From Callorhinchus milii (taxonomy: Eukaryota), in contig NW_024704742.1 of the NCBI RefSeq assembly GCF_018977255.1, positions 51,586,001 to 51,650,000 of the forward strand: a stretch of 64,000 bases of DNA, read 5' to 3'. The notes beneath the pieces are model-generated. The model saw nothing but the letters and a program-made list of their open reading frames with translations, was not told where the DNA came from and searched no databases. Numbering within the stretch: position 1 is the stretch's first letter; each line of letters opens with the position of its first letter. The position numbers and the translations under genes were made by a program. Of this stretch, positions 26,425 to 39,477 are shown piece after piece.

Positions 26425-29394
26425 GGTGTGAAATTAAAGTCAAAGAAAATATAACACAGCGTGTACAAACCCCAAAACACTTTTTGTATAATTGTGGTTT
26501 GTAAATTTTTGTTCCATTTCATCCAAGTCTCAAACTTCTGATTAGACCCCAAAACAATTTACACGAAGCAACATCTACTTTGAGGTGAAGCAATTTGTCT
26601 TGGTAATCTGTACAAACCACAACAAAAGATTTGGAAAGACTTCTTATAACTAACTTAGAACTCTTATAACTAAGAAAACAGTAGAAAGAACAATGCTTTA
26701 ATTTCTAAATGGAGGGGGAAGACATTCTTTTCTGTAAATGATTACTTCCTCTATTTATAAATTATAATGGTAGGCAAATAAATTATTGACAACTCTGCTT
26801 GGAGGAAGAGGGCATTTTTACTTAATGGATTGGCTGTCAGTGAATTGAGAAGCTATTATGCACCTTTTACTTCGGATGGAGTAGACTTCCCACTTCTAAA
26901 TATTTTGCAACATTGGTAGACACCTTGACACTAGCAAGAGATCTAGGATATTCATTAGAAATGAAATATTAAAAACTGCAGCATCATCAACTGCACAATT
27001 TAATCATAGAAGATTAACTGATGCTTAAAATACAAAGTAGCAAAACCCATCTCAGTTAGTATCAGTGACAATAGTTGACTAAAACTTAATTGAACACTTT
27101 TGATTTCTGCAAAAGGCAATAACTACTATACGATCTGAAGTGTCAAAATGCTGATATTTGTGGACACATTGCAGTATTTCTGCTGCAATAGGTGGGAACA
27201 ATAAAATATGGCTCAAAATAAGGACAAAGTGGGATAAACTACCTAACCAAAAGACTGCAGGACACAAAAATATTATGTTGAGCCGAATAAGTACAACATC
27301 ACATCCAGGAGTTAAGAGTGAATCAGAGGCTGAAAATGGATTTACATTTCATGCACTCAAAACACTCTTGTTGGGACCAAGGAGCAACCTATGCAAAACT
27401 TTATTACTGTATTACAGTTATTATTACCATCACACAAGCCTTCCAAGTTCCCTGGACTGCGAAGAACATTTAAGGAATTATTTAGCAGCAGCTGAACTGA
27501 CTCACGCTGTCTGTTTGTAGTGATCAAAGAGCCCTTCAGGACAAATTGTTTTGTGTTTCTGTGTGAACTATGCATTAAAGGAACAATGCCTCTAGGTGAC
27601 CTTTTCTCTGTTGGATGACACACAAAATGTGATTATATGAAGAAGAATTTACAATACTGTTGATCCTGCCTGAGTATTCCATGTAGAATAAGTTTCTACC
27701 CCTCCGCTTCAGACTTCTTTGGATTCCCCCCCTTGAATTCTTGCTAAGTGCAAAATGTTAATGAATTGTTACACTTACTTTGGAAGTTAATTACTGGATT
27801 AACAATTTTTTTTAAAAAAAAATCACACACACATTTGCATAACCAATCAGGGCATGCTTTGGAGGGGGTGGGGAGGAAAGAAATAGATCACACACAAAGT
27901 TTTAAATTCTAGAAAAAGTAAAATAATTTCGTTTAAGCAGCACATGAGCTTTCTATAGTAATCAATCTGACAGGTACTAACTAGGGATGTGACTTAGAGA
28001 CAAAGTAATCAAAATGTACTGTAAATATTTTATACAGGTTTAAAATGAAAAAGTGAAATTAGTCTGAAATTCACAGACAAAACAGGTATTGATTGGCAAA
28101 ATTTAATTCAAGTTAATTTATCGCATCCGAATCGATTTGAATGCCCATATAGCATTTATATGAACAATAGTACCAATAATGCAACGATATTTGCAACTTA
28201 ACGTTTAAAGAATTTGACTTATGATTTTCTGTTTTGAGTATTTCTGTCTCAGGTGATTTTTTTCTGAACCTCTTAAAGTTACTTTTGCTCTGCTATCACA
28301 TGCATCTTTACTGCTGACACCTCACTATTTTTTCTTCTAAATATTACTGTATTTTCCTAATGATATGTGAATAAAGAGAGACTAGATAATATCCCAGAAG
28401 CTACAGAACACAACCAATAGCAACAGTCAACATGGTACTTTAGTTCTATCCAGCTACAATTGAAAGTCATTGTAGAAGGTAAACTTTAACCATTCAATCA
28501 CAACCAAATGTGATATACCATTTAAAAGTGACTATTCATGTGATTCAAATTTAGCTCTAAACAAAATAATTAATTGTATACTAGAATGAAATACAAATTC
28601 CATGATTTGTTCCCATTTGTTGATCTTGGATCTCATTATGCACAGAAGTGACATAAAAAATATCTGACGATTATTTAGCGACTGAACAAAAAAATAGGTT
28701 AATAAACCAATCACATTGCCATCTTCTGAGAGATATTCCTGCTGTATATTAGTCCCCCAAAAAGGAACATTATTTAACATGATGAATAAATAAATGGGCA
28801 GGTTTCTGTCACAGTGTGAAGCAGTATGCAACAATCCTTGCATGTACATTTTCATTGGGAGATGAAAATGCTGACAACCAGAACTCATTCAATTCAGTTC
28901 TGCAACCCAGTGATTTAGCAGTCAGTTTCTATCAGACAAACTTCCACTTCTATATGGTGTGGAGGCGATTTATCTTCTCTCCTGCCCACCTCCTCCAAAC
29001 CCCAGGTCTAATAATAGTGAAGCACACAAGAGGTTGGGATCAGGATAGGAAAGAACACCTCAGGTGAACAATGATACTGCCATATTTAATCGGGCACATA
29101 TTAAGAAAGGACTTATTCAGTCTTGCATGCGTACTTGCATTACTTCTGTTAGTATTTTAACTGAATGCTCCCAGTCAAAACTTCAGAGGCCTACAGAACT
29201 CAGTGTCGGAAGATCACACATTTGTCCACAGCCTATAGAAGACCAAAGCATGGTCATAAATCCTGTTCTGACACCCTGTGAAAGAGTTCTGAAAGGACAA
29301 TGGTTGCCCTACTAATTGCCAGTTGGCAATGTCCTCAGCTCTTTCACTAGTTAACTATTCATCTACCTGATTATTCAGGCCAATACTTCATTAT

Positions 29395-29496
29395 TTACTC
29401 TCTTGATTGATAGAATAAAATATATCCAGACTCTGAGTTTTTTGAAATGTCCGAAGTCAGCCCATAGAATTCTTCAATAGCCTGAGCATCAATTTT
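29395..29496 (-). CDS. USP46: USP46 last coding exon (102 nt including TAA): [33 protein letters not shown]
   Basis: Manual translation. AG at 29497-98, TAA at 29395-97. Confidence 0.97.
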   Translation of the reverse strand, partial: KIDAQAIEEFYGLTSDISKNSESGYILFYQSRE

Positions 29497-30262
29497 CTGT
29501 AAAAGAAAAAGAAACCATTTAATTTTTGAAAATAGTAATCATGCAAGTACATAACTAGGTAGAAAGAAATTAAAATAAAACAGACCAAATCAAACATACA
29601 GATAGAATTAATGTCACACCAGGTCTTCTACAAGTGGGCACTTTCAAACACTTCTTCCAAACATTAAAATCCTCCTTAAAGACAAATTCTCAACCAAATT
29701 TAATTCAAGAAGTTTTGCATCCTGTGAAACATAGATCTTTTCCACATTCACGAGAGTGTTAATATGTTCCTATTTGCATTTAAATGTCATATATCTTTAT
29801 TTACAGCGGCCAAACCATGTTTTGTACAGAAATACAGTATGAATGTACTTTCTTACAGCACCTTTCATGTAGGAAGGACATCCAAAAGCACCTGACATGG
29901 CTGGCTGGGCACCTGAGCTGGGCTGGGAGTTGAGGAGGGTGGGGAGAGGAAAGATAACACAAAGCATTGGTGAAAGAGGTATGTCTTGAGACAGACCTTA
30001 CACAGTTGAGGGAGGGAGTCAGAGAGACTCCAGGTCTCAGGGGAGGCGAGGACGGGAGGAGGATGGAAATGTCATAACAATATTAGTCACAACTGGCTTT
30101 TCCTAATGATGATTTGGGGAGTGCAACTGGCATAGAACAAAGAGTGGGCTGCTTCCCTACCTGATCATCAAGAAATTTAAAAATAATTCTATTCTGATGC
30201 CTACTTCGACTCATGATTTGAGTAAGATTTGACTGTATGGGAATGATAAATTCAGGACTAAC

Positions 30263-30341
30263 CTCAACAATATCATCATCAAACAAAAGCCAGAAGCCAT
30301 GACTTTTCACAATAGTTATGTAGTGTCCGCGGTTGGGGCCA
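30263..30341 (-). CDS. USP46: USP46 exon 8 (79 nt): [26 protein letters not shown], His box with catalytic His and Asp
   Basis: Within ORF 30083..30430. GHY and FDD motifs; AG/GT boundaries. Confidence 0.98.
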
Positions 30342-31159
30342 CTGAAAGAGGAAAAGAAAATGGAAATTAGAAAACCATTGTAGAATACTACAGCACAGAA
30401 ACAAGCATCTGTACTCATGTTTACCTCCACATGAGATGCGTAATCTAATCACGCTACCAATCTTCAATATCTTCTTTTTCAAGCATCTAGCTAATCGCAT
30501 TGTAAAATAATGAATGGCCTCTGCTTCAACAATAGTTTGTGGCAGGGAATTCCACATTCCAACCAAACCCCCCTGCTGTGTACAGACCTTTTTTCTGATC
30601 TCATCTCCTCTTTTTATGGTTATCAATATCAAATGAATTCCTAAATCTGTGAGCAGAATGTATACTATAACATGAAATGTAAGCACGGACTCATATTGCA
30701 TTATAGTAAAATGGTCACAAAGACTGCTCAGCTCCTTGGATTGGATTGCAGGACTGCTTCTCATTTTGCTTTAAGGAAATAAAAGGAACTTGGTCATGAC
30801 CAAATGGATAAAATAACTTTCATGAAACCAGACAAGCCATTGATGCACTATATTAATATCAAACCAACACAAAAATAAAAATCCTGAAACTGACAAAGCA
30901 CACATTTAAATCTATATATCCAAGTCCTAATGGATATCAACAGTAATTCATCTGATTTCAAGCTCTGAAAAATTATCAATCTACTTAAATTTGTTTGCCT
31001 CCATGTTGTTTCCTTCAGGTTTTCTTGTTTATACTTTTATTATGGTTTCTACCATTTGTGCAAATCTTAAACACCATTAATCTCTTATGAACAACAAACG
31101 TGTACGAATCATTTGCCAATGAAATATCCTCCTGAATCAATACATAATTATGGCAAGTA

Positions 31160-31550
31160 GCCACAGAAATGGTCGGACGGGAGACTGAGTCTAATCACAT
31201 CAAGTCTATACTGATTCCGCTCCTTCACTGGAGCTAATTATTTGTGCCGCAGTTCCCCGATTCTCCGATACTCTTATCTTGTTCCAATTCCCTTTTAAAT
31301 GGTTTCAGCCTCAAAAGCTACTTGTGCCAAATAAACCTGTTCCAAGTTCCAATAAACCTCTGTACAAAATGTTTCTTCCAACTTCCCCCTTAACTATTCC
31401 AGTGACAGCCTTCAACTTGTCCCTAACTTACCAAACTAGTGAGATAATCTTTTACATGTATCCTTCCAAACCATTGAGAATTTGAAGATCTCTATTAGAT
31501 CCCTTCTGAACCATTTCTATTCCAGTGAACACAGCAACAATATTTTGAGT
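31160..31550 (-). mobile_element. Old CR1 3' fragment in intron 7
   Basis: tttgaagatctctattagatcccttctgaacc corresponds to the reverse of RLRGDLIE-like coding. Confidence 0.6.
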
Positions 31551-33605
31551 CAATTTTAATAATTATGGGGGGGTGGGGAAAGAGGAGGGGAAAATTAAGT
31601 CCTAAACACATTTTGTTCCTTAATTAACATTGTTCCTCAATTAATAACAACAAATTACATTTGTAAAGCACCTTTCACGTCGGAAGCACGTCCCAAGGCG
31701 CTGGACAGTCAGGGGATTTGGACCCGAGCAGGGGGGGTGGGATTGGGGAGGGGGGGGGGGGGTTGGAAGGCAAGGAGTGTAGGGGTACAATTAATTTACT
31801 GGCTGAAAATTTCGATTCAAACTCTAGTTCTTTGTAATCAGAAAAAAATGGGAGAACTTTAGATTCACCCAGTATAGCAAAGTGCTGGGGTGAACAACCC
31901 CGCTCATCCACCCAGTCAAACTTCAGCACAATGGTTGGGTCATTTTGGCGATCCCATTTAATTGTTTCTGAATGCAGATAGTAGCATTTCAGTACAAATA
32001 CAAATAATATGCTGGTTTAATTGAACAAACGGTGGTTCTGGGTGAAGAAAAATAATTGGGGCCTGTTACAATAAAACTTGCATTTATATAATGCCTATCA
32101 TGCGGGTAGTATCTCAGAGCAGGAATGCAAGATGTCAACAATTGTTTTTGGAAACAGACTCAGAACAAACTTTTGTCCCAAAGTCGGAGGGGAGGAGGAT
32201 AATTCCTAAACTCATTGATATTTAAAGGCAGGTTCGGGACCTCAGCTTTGGGCTTGTCAATAAGCTAGCCCTTAATTAAGAAAAAGTGTTAACAAAATGA
32301 ATAAAATCGAATACCGCGATTTTTTCCCTTGTAGCACTTTTGACACATTACCAACCAAGTAATTTCAAGCAAATGGCTAGGATTTATTGTGGGTGGGCAG
32401 AGACTATCAATGGAGTCTAAAGTCTGATATTTATAAAATAAATTAATTGAATTAATTGCAATTTTCGGTTTGCAAGTAATCAGATTAGAGGGTTCACCAA
32501 CAACAGATCAGCAGACCCTTGCTGGAAAAATCCCCCCAAAAGGCCAAAACTCAATCAAAATCCTACATCCTATTGAATCAGGAAAACCATTCAAAAGTTT
32601 TTTTTTGAAAATGAGGCATCTGTCTGTCATGCCGAAGTGGATAGCAAGGCAGATGGAGATTCCTTTTTCTTACTGAACAGATGCGATGGCAAACTGTTGC
32701 AGGCATACTCCATCCCTATGGAGAGACACGTGTGGAGTACATGTGAGATTAGGAGTTATACACAGCAACAAATCCAATACTCTAGTGGCACAATTAGCAG
32801 GGAAAAAGAATATCTTGGTGGGGGTATGGGCCAATGGTCTACACCAGTACAATGCCTTAGGTCAGCTTCCAGATAGAGAATGTTGTTCCTTTGAATATTG
32901 ACCATCAAATTCTAACTATGGAAATATTTACCAATGCATTGACTCTATAAGCCACGTTTATACAACTTATCCAATGACAAATAAAAAAACAGAAAAAGAC
33001 ATTTTAATTATCTAGGTAGTCTTAAATGAAAAGGGGAGAAAAAGATAACAAAAATGTTGCTGTTGTTCTCAGAATCAGAATGCTCCTACTTTCTAACCCC
33101 TCCTGCTTTCCCCACTAGCCCACATACAGGTTAGGTCTTCATTTTCAAGAGTGAATAATGGAGAGTAAGAGAAATAAGCAACTTAAGTTTTCTTAATAAA
33201 TAGGAGGAGCTGTTGAAAGGCATTGCAAGACTGAAAACATAAGGCAGATTAACAGAATCAATATGTTAAATTCAGCAAGTTTGAAAAGAAAATGTAATGT
33301 TCCCATGCATTGAATAGAAAGCAAATATCTTCAAAGAATAAAAGGTGCATTTAATTTCTAAAAATTACATTGCCAGACGTTTATAATGTTAAATTTTAGA
33401 GACTGCAAAGCACATGTATTTTTAAGTTTGAGCCTGACTAATATTTGATCCCAGTAATGGCACTGGCTTGAATTTGCACACCATCATTACCGATTCTGCA
33501 CAGTTCACTGATCAGTCATTCATTTGCACTTTTAAGTTGTAGCAGCCCCACCAAATGAACACAGGTGATTCAAATTGTTAATAAAAAAAAGTTTCCAAAA
33601 CAAAC

Positions 33606-33803
33606 CTGCCACAGTGAACAACAACAGCCACCAGATCATACATCCGGTCCAAATTAATAGCATCTCCAGATGTATTGAACAGCCTTAACTCCAGTGGAAA
33701 TACCACTCGATAAGAGAGTTTTGTGTATCGATGTAACTGTTCCATGTACTTAAACCTCTTCAAGTGCAATGCAAGGATCATGGGCAGCTTCTTCACACAC
33801 ATT
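33606..33803 (-). CDS. USP46: USP46 exon 7 (198 nt): [17 protein letters not shown]...[11 protein letters not shown](S)
   Basis: ORF 33578..33856. LHLKRF and YDL..VVVH.G USP motifs; canonical splice sites. Confidence 0.98.
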
Positions 33804-34601
33804 CTGCCAACAAAGCAAAGAGGCATCAAAATGTTCATAGCAATGTACATCCCCACACTTTATCCAGGCGTACTTTACAACAGTTACATTTTTAGTCACC
33901 AAATGATACGATGCCTAACCAATCAAAAGTGACCAGCTATCAGAGAATAGATTGGGCAAAAAAAGAAAAGGGCATTTCAATCTCATCTAGGAGAGTCATG
34001 TTTATGAACTTGCAAATTATGCAAGCGCTAAATACAGGAGATGCCAGTTATAACATGGATTCACTTATAGTGAGTTACCAAAATAAATCTGCACAAAAAA
34101 GCCAGTCAGCTTGTTTTATATCAAGTTGCTCGCTTCAAAACATATGCCGGCTTCTCACGCACTAAAAATGGCCATTTTCTAAGTCATAATGGTATGGCTT
34201 ACGTCACCACTTGAACTCTGTTTGAAATGACACTGGTGGCGCTAATGATCTGGAAGCTAGCCATTTCCTTTGTGTAGAAAGCAGCCCAACTTTCGGCGTG
34301 CACGTGAAGTAAATGCAGTAGCACTGACTGGCTATGAACCCCCTTTAATAAGCAGACTTTATGGAGGCAGTAATTTATGATCTACCTGTACCACCTCATA
34401 ATGGGATTCTACTGTATTAAAGACTATACCTCTAAAGAATATTTTAGTATCTGAATGGCCATTTAAATTAATATAAAATAGTAAATGCTAAGCATCACAT
34501 AAAACCAGACTGTGGGGGTAATCTAGTGAGACGTACGAACTATTCTGCATAATGCATAATGCAATTCTGTATAATGTGTAAATGCATGTTTATGGAGTTT
34601 A

Positions 34602-34907
34602 TGTAGCTCAGTGGTTAGAGCACTCGCTTTGCAAGTGAGAGACCTGAGTTCAATTCCAGGCAGAGGGCGAAACCTTGGGCAAGTTTCCTTACTCCACACG
34701 ACTAATAATAATCCCTCCAAAAACAATAATAAATTGGTCATTTTCAATCTACGACTGTTTGTGGGACATTGCTGTGCGCAATTGGCTGCCGCATTCGCCC
34801 ACAAATATTCAGTCAATTCACTTTACAGTGTATTCTGTGAAGCGCTTTGGGACATCCTCCCGACGTGAAAAGCGCTATATCAAATGCAAGGATTATTCAA
34901 GGATTAT
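34602..34907 (+). mobile_element. Full-length young tRNA-headed SINE in intron 6
   Basis: Intact A and B boxes (tagctcagtgg, gagttcaattcc), core and tail. Confidence 0.93.
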
Positions 34908-35065
34908 AAAAGATCTTATTGCTTCAAACTAATTAATGAAAATTGAAATGTGAAACAAAATAGCTGTGATGATTTGATGAGAAAATGAGAATACGCAGCA
35001 GGAATTTATGCATTATCATGCCATACAACACTGAAAAATAATAAGTGCATTTTGAACCCACTCAC

Positions 35066-35149
35066 CTTTTCTGGGCTTCCTGTTTACTGCAACAAGTTTC
35101 ACAATAATATTTGTGTTCACTGCACAGTGTTTCAGTGTTGCTGAAGTCT
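35066..35149 (-). CDS. USP46: USP46 exon 6 (84 nt): [27 protein letters not shown](R)
   Basis: Manual translation. Second CxxC of the fingers zinc site; AG acceptor and GTGAG donor. Confidence 0.97.
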
Positions 35150-35738
35150 CTGTAAAATAAAATCGCAAAAGTCATCATTTAAATGCAACACAACATTTTT
35201 CTACTATTTGTAGAACTACATAGCTTACGATTCTGAGTAAATTTGTGATTTTGCTGTAAGCAAAGGTGTGTGAAATTATATACAACTCGGGGTTGGGGAG
35301 ACCAGCCTCTTTAATGTGGAACATTAACAATAAGCAGATGGACACCAGCTATGCAAAGCGTGTGAATGTGTTATGTACATCCAGTTGCTGGGTTCAAAAC
35401 ATTCTCTGAAACCTGATTTGGATATTTATGAAAATGCTTTTATCACTTTGAAAAAGGACCTTTTGAGGATTTCAAAAGTTGTAAACAATAAAGATAGGTT
35501 ACTACTAAATGTAGGACAGTGTGGTGGGAAGTACATTGAAGCATTAATGTACATATGGATATGGATAATATTTGTACACACTGGTATACCCCTGACCTTG
35601 ATCATATTGCTATAGGGAGCTGCCAAGGGGAAGCCAAACAGTTTTTCATGCAGGTGAAGGAATAAAAATTAAGGGTTTGCAGCATTGCTAGAGACAAAAT
35701 AAAGCAGGTTGCCCATCTACCCAGATGTCATAGGTATC

Positions 35739-36170
35739 ATAATAATAAATAATCCTTGCGACTTTCAAGTTGGGAGCACGTCTCGAAGTGCTTCACGGGA
35801 TACATTGTAAAGTGGAGTGACTATAAATTTTGCAAGTGAATGCGGCAGCAAATTTGTCTACACCAAGGTCCCACAACCACCATGTGTCAAATGACCAATT
35901 TTATTTGGGGGATTGACTGCCATGACACCGGGAGAAACTCCCTTCACTTTTAGGACAGTTGGGATCTTTAATGTCCACCTGTAGAGGCAGATGGGGCCTC
36001 AGTTTAATATCTCATCTGAAGGGTGGCACCTCTAACAATGCAGCACTCCCCTAGCACTACATTAGAGAGTCAAGATAGATTAAATAAGTTCCAAGCCCCA
36101 GTATTAGGCTTGAACCAATGACCTTATGACTCAGAGGCGAAAGTGCTACCAAATCAGCCAGGCTGACACA
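35739..36170 (-). mobile_element. Full-length Deu-domain SINE in intron 5
   Basis: The reverse complement has head gtgtcagcctggctgatttggtagcac, Deu-like gggagtgctgcattgttagaggtgcc...gatgagatattaaactgaggcccc, and an L2-like tail. Confidence 0.8.
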
Positions 36171-36225
36171 CATTAAGTGACCTGTTGTATCCAGGGCAAA
36201 AATAATTTAGCGAGGTTTGGATTAC

Positions 36226-36302
36226 CTGAGGCAGTGTGTAATTGACGTGTTCTGCTCCACATCGACTGAAAGATCCAGAAAATCTTCATCTTTGCTGCTA
36301 AC
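36226..36302 (-). CDS. USP46: USP46 exon 5 (77 nt): [25 protein letters not shown](R)
   Basis: Manual translation. AG at 36303-04, GT at 36224-25. Confidence 0.97.
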
Positions 36303-37368
36303 CTGCAGACCACCATGAACCATTGGAAACAGGTCAACAAACACCCAATGATACAGATCCAATTAGTCATCTTCCTGTAAGCATCAAACTGTATAACATG
36401 TCAAACTGTATATCATGAGATGACAGGATAAAACTTTGACTAGACTGATTTTGGAAATTTGTCAAAAAGAACCAACATTTATAGAGGGATTCCACCAATT
36501 CAAATAAGAGGTCTGAATAGTTAAATGGTCATTTATCACTGAATGATCAGATATGCAGTAACCATAACAATAGAAGATTGAATATTGCTTTAAATGTTCA
36601 ATTATTTCTTTAACAGAAAATATTATAATCTTGCTCCAACCTAATTCTTGTGCAAGAATCAAATGCAAATCTTTATGCGATTAATAACATCAATGTGGTA
36701 TTGACCTTTAAACAAAGCAGAGAAAATAAACTGTGACAAAAAACAATTCTTGGCCAAAATAAATCCTGCCTGTTAAATATAGGCAATTTGTTTAATAAAT
36801 CATGGACATAAAAATCTTCATGCTGCTAAGTGTGGTGATCATTGACAATCTGTACTAACCAAATTTCAGTACACATAATCAAATGTGCTAATATGATGTT
36901 AGTACTTTAAATAAATTGTACTTTTTTTAAAAAAAGTGTAGTTATCGCTGTCCAAAATAGTTCAATATTTTAAAGGTAGTTCAGCTAAACTCATAGGGGA
37001 TGCTATGGAAATTAAGAAACTTGGGGCATCTGTAATAATGTCAGTGAATTCACAATTTCAGATGAACTATAATTATAACACTACCTTTGATCTTGGCTAA
37101 AACACAACAAAGCAATACCAGGGGAAGAGACCAACCAGATGTCAAAATGTTTTTTCCATATCCCACCCTCCCCTTTTTCTTTTCATCCCTGCCCCATCAG
37201 CTGGTTACATAATACAGTATTGTTAAAAGCCTGAGTTATCACCAGTTTACTCAACAGACAAACAGGTCAGGGGTTAGGGGGTAGAAAAACACCATGGCTG
37301 AAGAAACGCGAGGAAAAGTGCTCAAAGGAGTACATACAAACAAAAAAGATAACCAATGTTTGTTTTAC

Positions 37369-37598
37369 CGTTTCGCAGTTCAAACATCGTGTCTCATTGG
37401 TGAGTGTTCCTTGAAAGATCTCGTGCACCCAGGTGGGATCGGGCTTGTTGTTTTCTTCCACTTCATTGGCATTTCCGTTTTTTAGTTTTCCGTTCTGTTT
37501 CTCTTGCTTCTTCTCTTCCTGCAAGATGTCAGCGATGGTGTTCAACAGGTAGTTCAGAAACTCATGAGCATCTTGTTGCATGTAGTTGTCAAACAAAT
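37369..37598 (-). CDS. USP46: USP46 exon 4 (230 nt): (D)[14 protein letters not shown]...ETRCLNCET
   Basis: ORF 37267..37596. QQDAHEF USP motif and first CxxC; canonical splice sites. Confidence 0.98.
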
Positions 37599-37690
37599 CT
37601 ACAGTTGGGAAGAGAAAAAATGAAGACCAAGTCTTATTCTTAATTACATATCAAAATCCTTGCATTTGATATAGCGCCTATCACATCTTC

Positions 37691-39324
37691 CATAAGACCA
37701 TAAAATATAGGAACAGGACTAGGCCATTCGGCCCCTCGAGCCTGCCCCGCCATTTAATAAGATCGTGGCTGATCTTCTAACCTAATTCCATTTACCCGCC
37801 CTATCCCCATATCCCTTAATTCCTCTATCCTTTAGAAATCCATCAACCTCAGCCTTGAATATGTTCAAGGACTGAGCATCCACAGCCTTCTGGGGTAGAG
37901 AATTCCACAAATTTACTGCCCTCTGAGTGAAGAAATGTTTCCTCAACTCAGTTCGAAAAGGCTGACCCTTAATCTTGAGACTATCTAGTTTTAGATTCTC
38001 CAACCGGGAGAATCTACCCTGTCAAGTCCCTTAAGAATCTTATAGGTTTCTATAAGATCACCTCAAATTCTTCTATATTCTAGAGAATATAGGCCTAGTT
38101 TACTCAACCTATCATAGGTCAACCGCCTCATCCCAGGAATCACCCTAGTCAATCTACACTGCACCCCCTCTAAGGCGAGTATATCCTTTCTTAAATAAGG
38201 AAACCAAAACTGCACACAATAATCTAAGTGCGGTCTCACCAAGGCCTTATACAACTGCAGCAAGACTTCCCTACACTTGTACTCTAACCCTTTTGCAACG
38301 AACGCCTACATGGTATTAGCCTTCCTACTCTCTGTTTTCTTCCTGTTAGCCACTCTCCAATCTCTGCTAATATATTACCTTTAATTCCATTGGCTCTAAT
38401 CTCATGCAACAGCCTTTTGTGTGGCACCTTGTCAAATGTCTTCTGGAAATCTAAATACACCACACCTACTGGTTCCCCCCTATCTAACCTGCCAGTTACA
38501 TCCTCAAAAAATTCCATAAGATTTGTTAAACATGGTTTCCCTTTCGTAAAGCCATGTTGACTCTGCCTAATCATGTTAGGATTTTCTAAGTACCCCACGA
38601 CAATGTCCCTAATTAAGGACTCCAGAATTTTCCCTACCACTGATGCCAGACTAACTGGTCTATAGATCCCCATTTTTTGTCTCACACCCTTCTTAAATAT
38701 CAGCGTTACGTTTGCAACCTTCCAACACTGGGAACCATTCCAGAATCCTGGGAATTTTGGAAGATCAAAAACAAAGCATCCACTATCTCTGTAGCCACCA
38801 CTTTTAAAACCCTAAAGACCATCAGGTCCAGGGGATTTATCGGTTTTTAATCCTATCAATTTCTCTAGTACTATTGCTTTACTGATGTTCATTTTTTTTT
38901 CTAAGTTCCTCACTAACATTAGCCTCCAGGTTCCCCTCTATTTTTGATAAGTTTTCAATGTCCTCTAACGTGAAAATATTTGTTTAATGACTCTGCCATT
39001 TTTTTATTCCCCATTATAATTTCTCCTGTCTCTGCCTGCAACGGACCCACATTCATTTTTGATAGTCTCTTCCTCTTTCTGTACTTGTAAAAACTCTTAC
39101 AATCTGACTTTATGTTCCTAGCTAGTTTACCCTCATATTCCATTTACTCCCTCTTAATCAGTTTCTCGGTTTTCCTCTGCTGTTCTCTAAAGTCCTCCCA
39201 ATCCTCAGGTTTACTGCTCTTTTTGACAGTATTATAGGCCTCTTCTTTAAATGTTATACTTTCCCTAACTTCTCTAGTTACCCAAGGTTGAACCACTTTT
39301 CCCGTGGTATTTTTATTTTTCAAG
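37691..39324 (-). mobile_element. CR1 LINE, 5'-truncated and frameshifted ORF2 plus 3'UTR, in intron 3
   Basis: ORFs YRPVSLASVVGKILE...QHGF...VVYLDFQKTFDKVPH, LYKALVRPHLDYCVQFW and FFTQRAVNLWNSLP. Confidence 0.96.
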
Positions 39325-39477
39325 GGACGTCTCAGCGCTTCACAGAATATACAGTAAAGTGAATTGGCTGTACATCTTGTGGGCTAAACATGACAGCCAA
39401 TCGCGCACAGCAGTGTCCTAGAGAATAGATTTGGACCACACCAGCAAGAAAGAATACATTTTGCAGCAATTATATAC

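Larger units (their letters stand above)
21015..29394 (-). other. USP46: Putative long 3'UTR of USP46 (distal end uncertain)
   Basis: Follows the stop codon directly, AT-rich, almost free of the retroelements that fill the flanks. Minus-strand AATAAA at 21030-21035, 21937-21942, 22271-22276, 23112-23117 and 25076-25081. Confidence 0.6.

Noticed and set aside
31729..31766. G-rich tract in intron 7
   Set aside because: Part of an L2 3' remnant and on the strand opposite the mRNA; low complexity.
34602..34670. tRNA-Ala genes at SINE heads (also 43750, 49195, 11041, 63705)
   Set aside because: Each continues into a SINE body and tail with no oligo-T terminator, so they are not tRNA genes.
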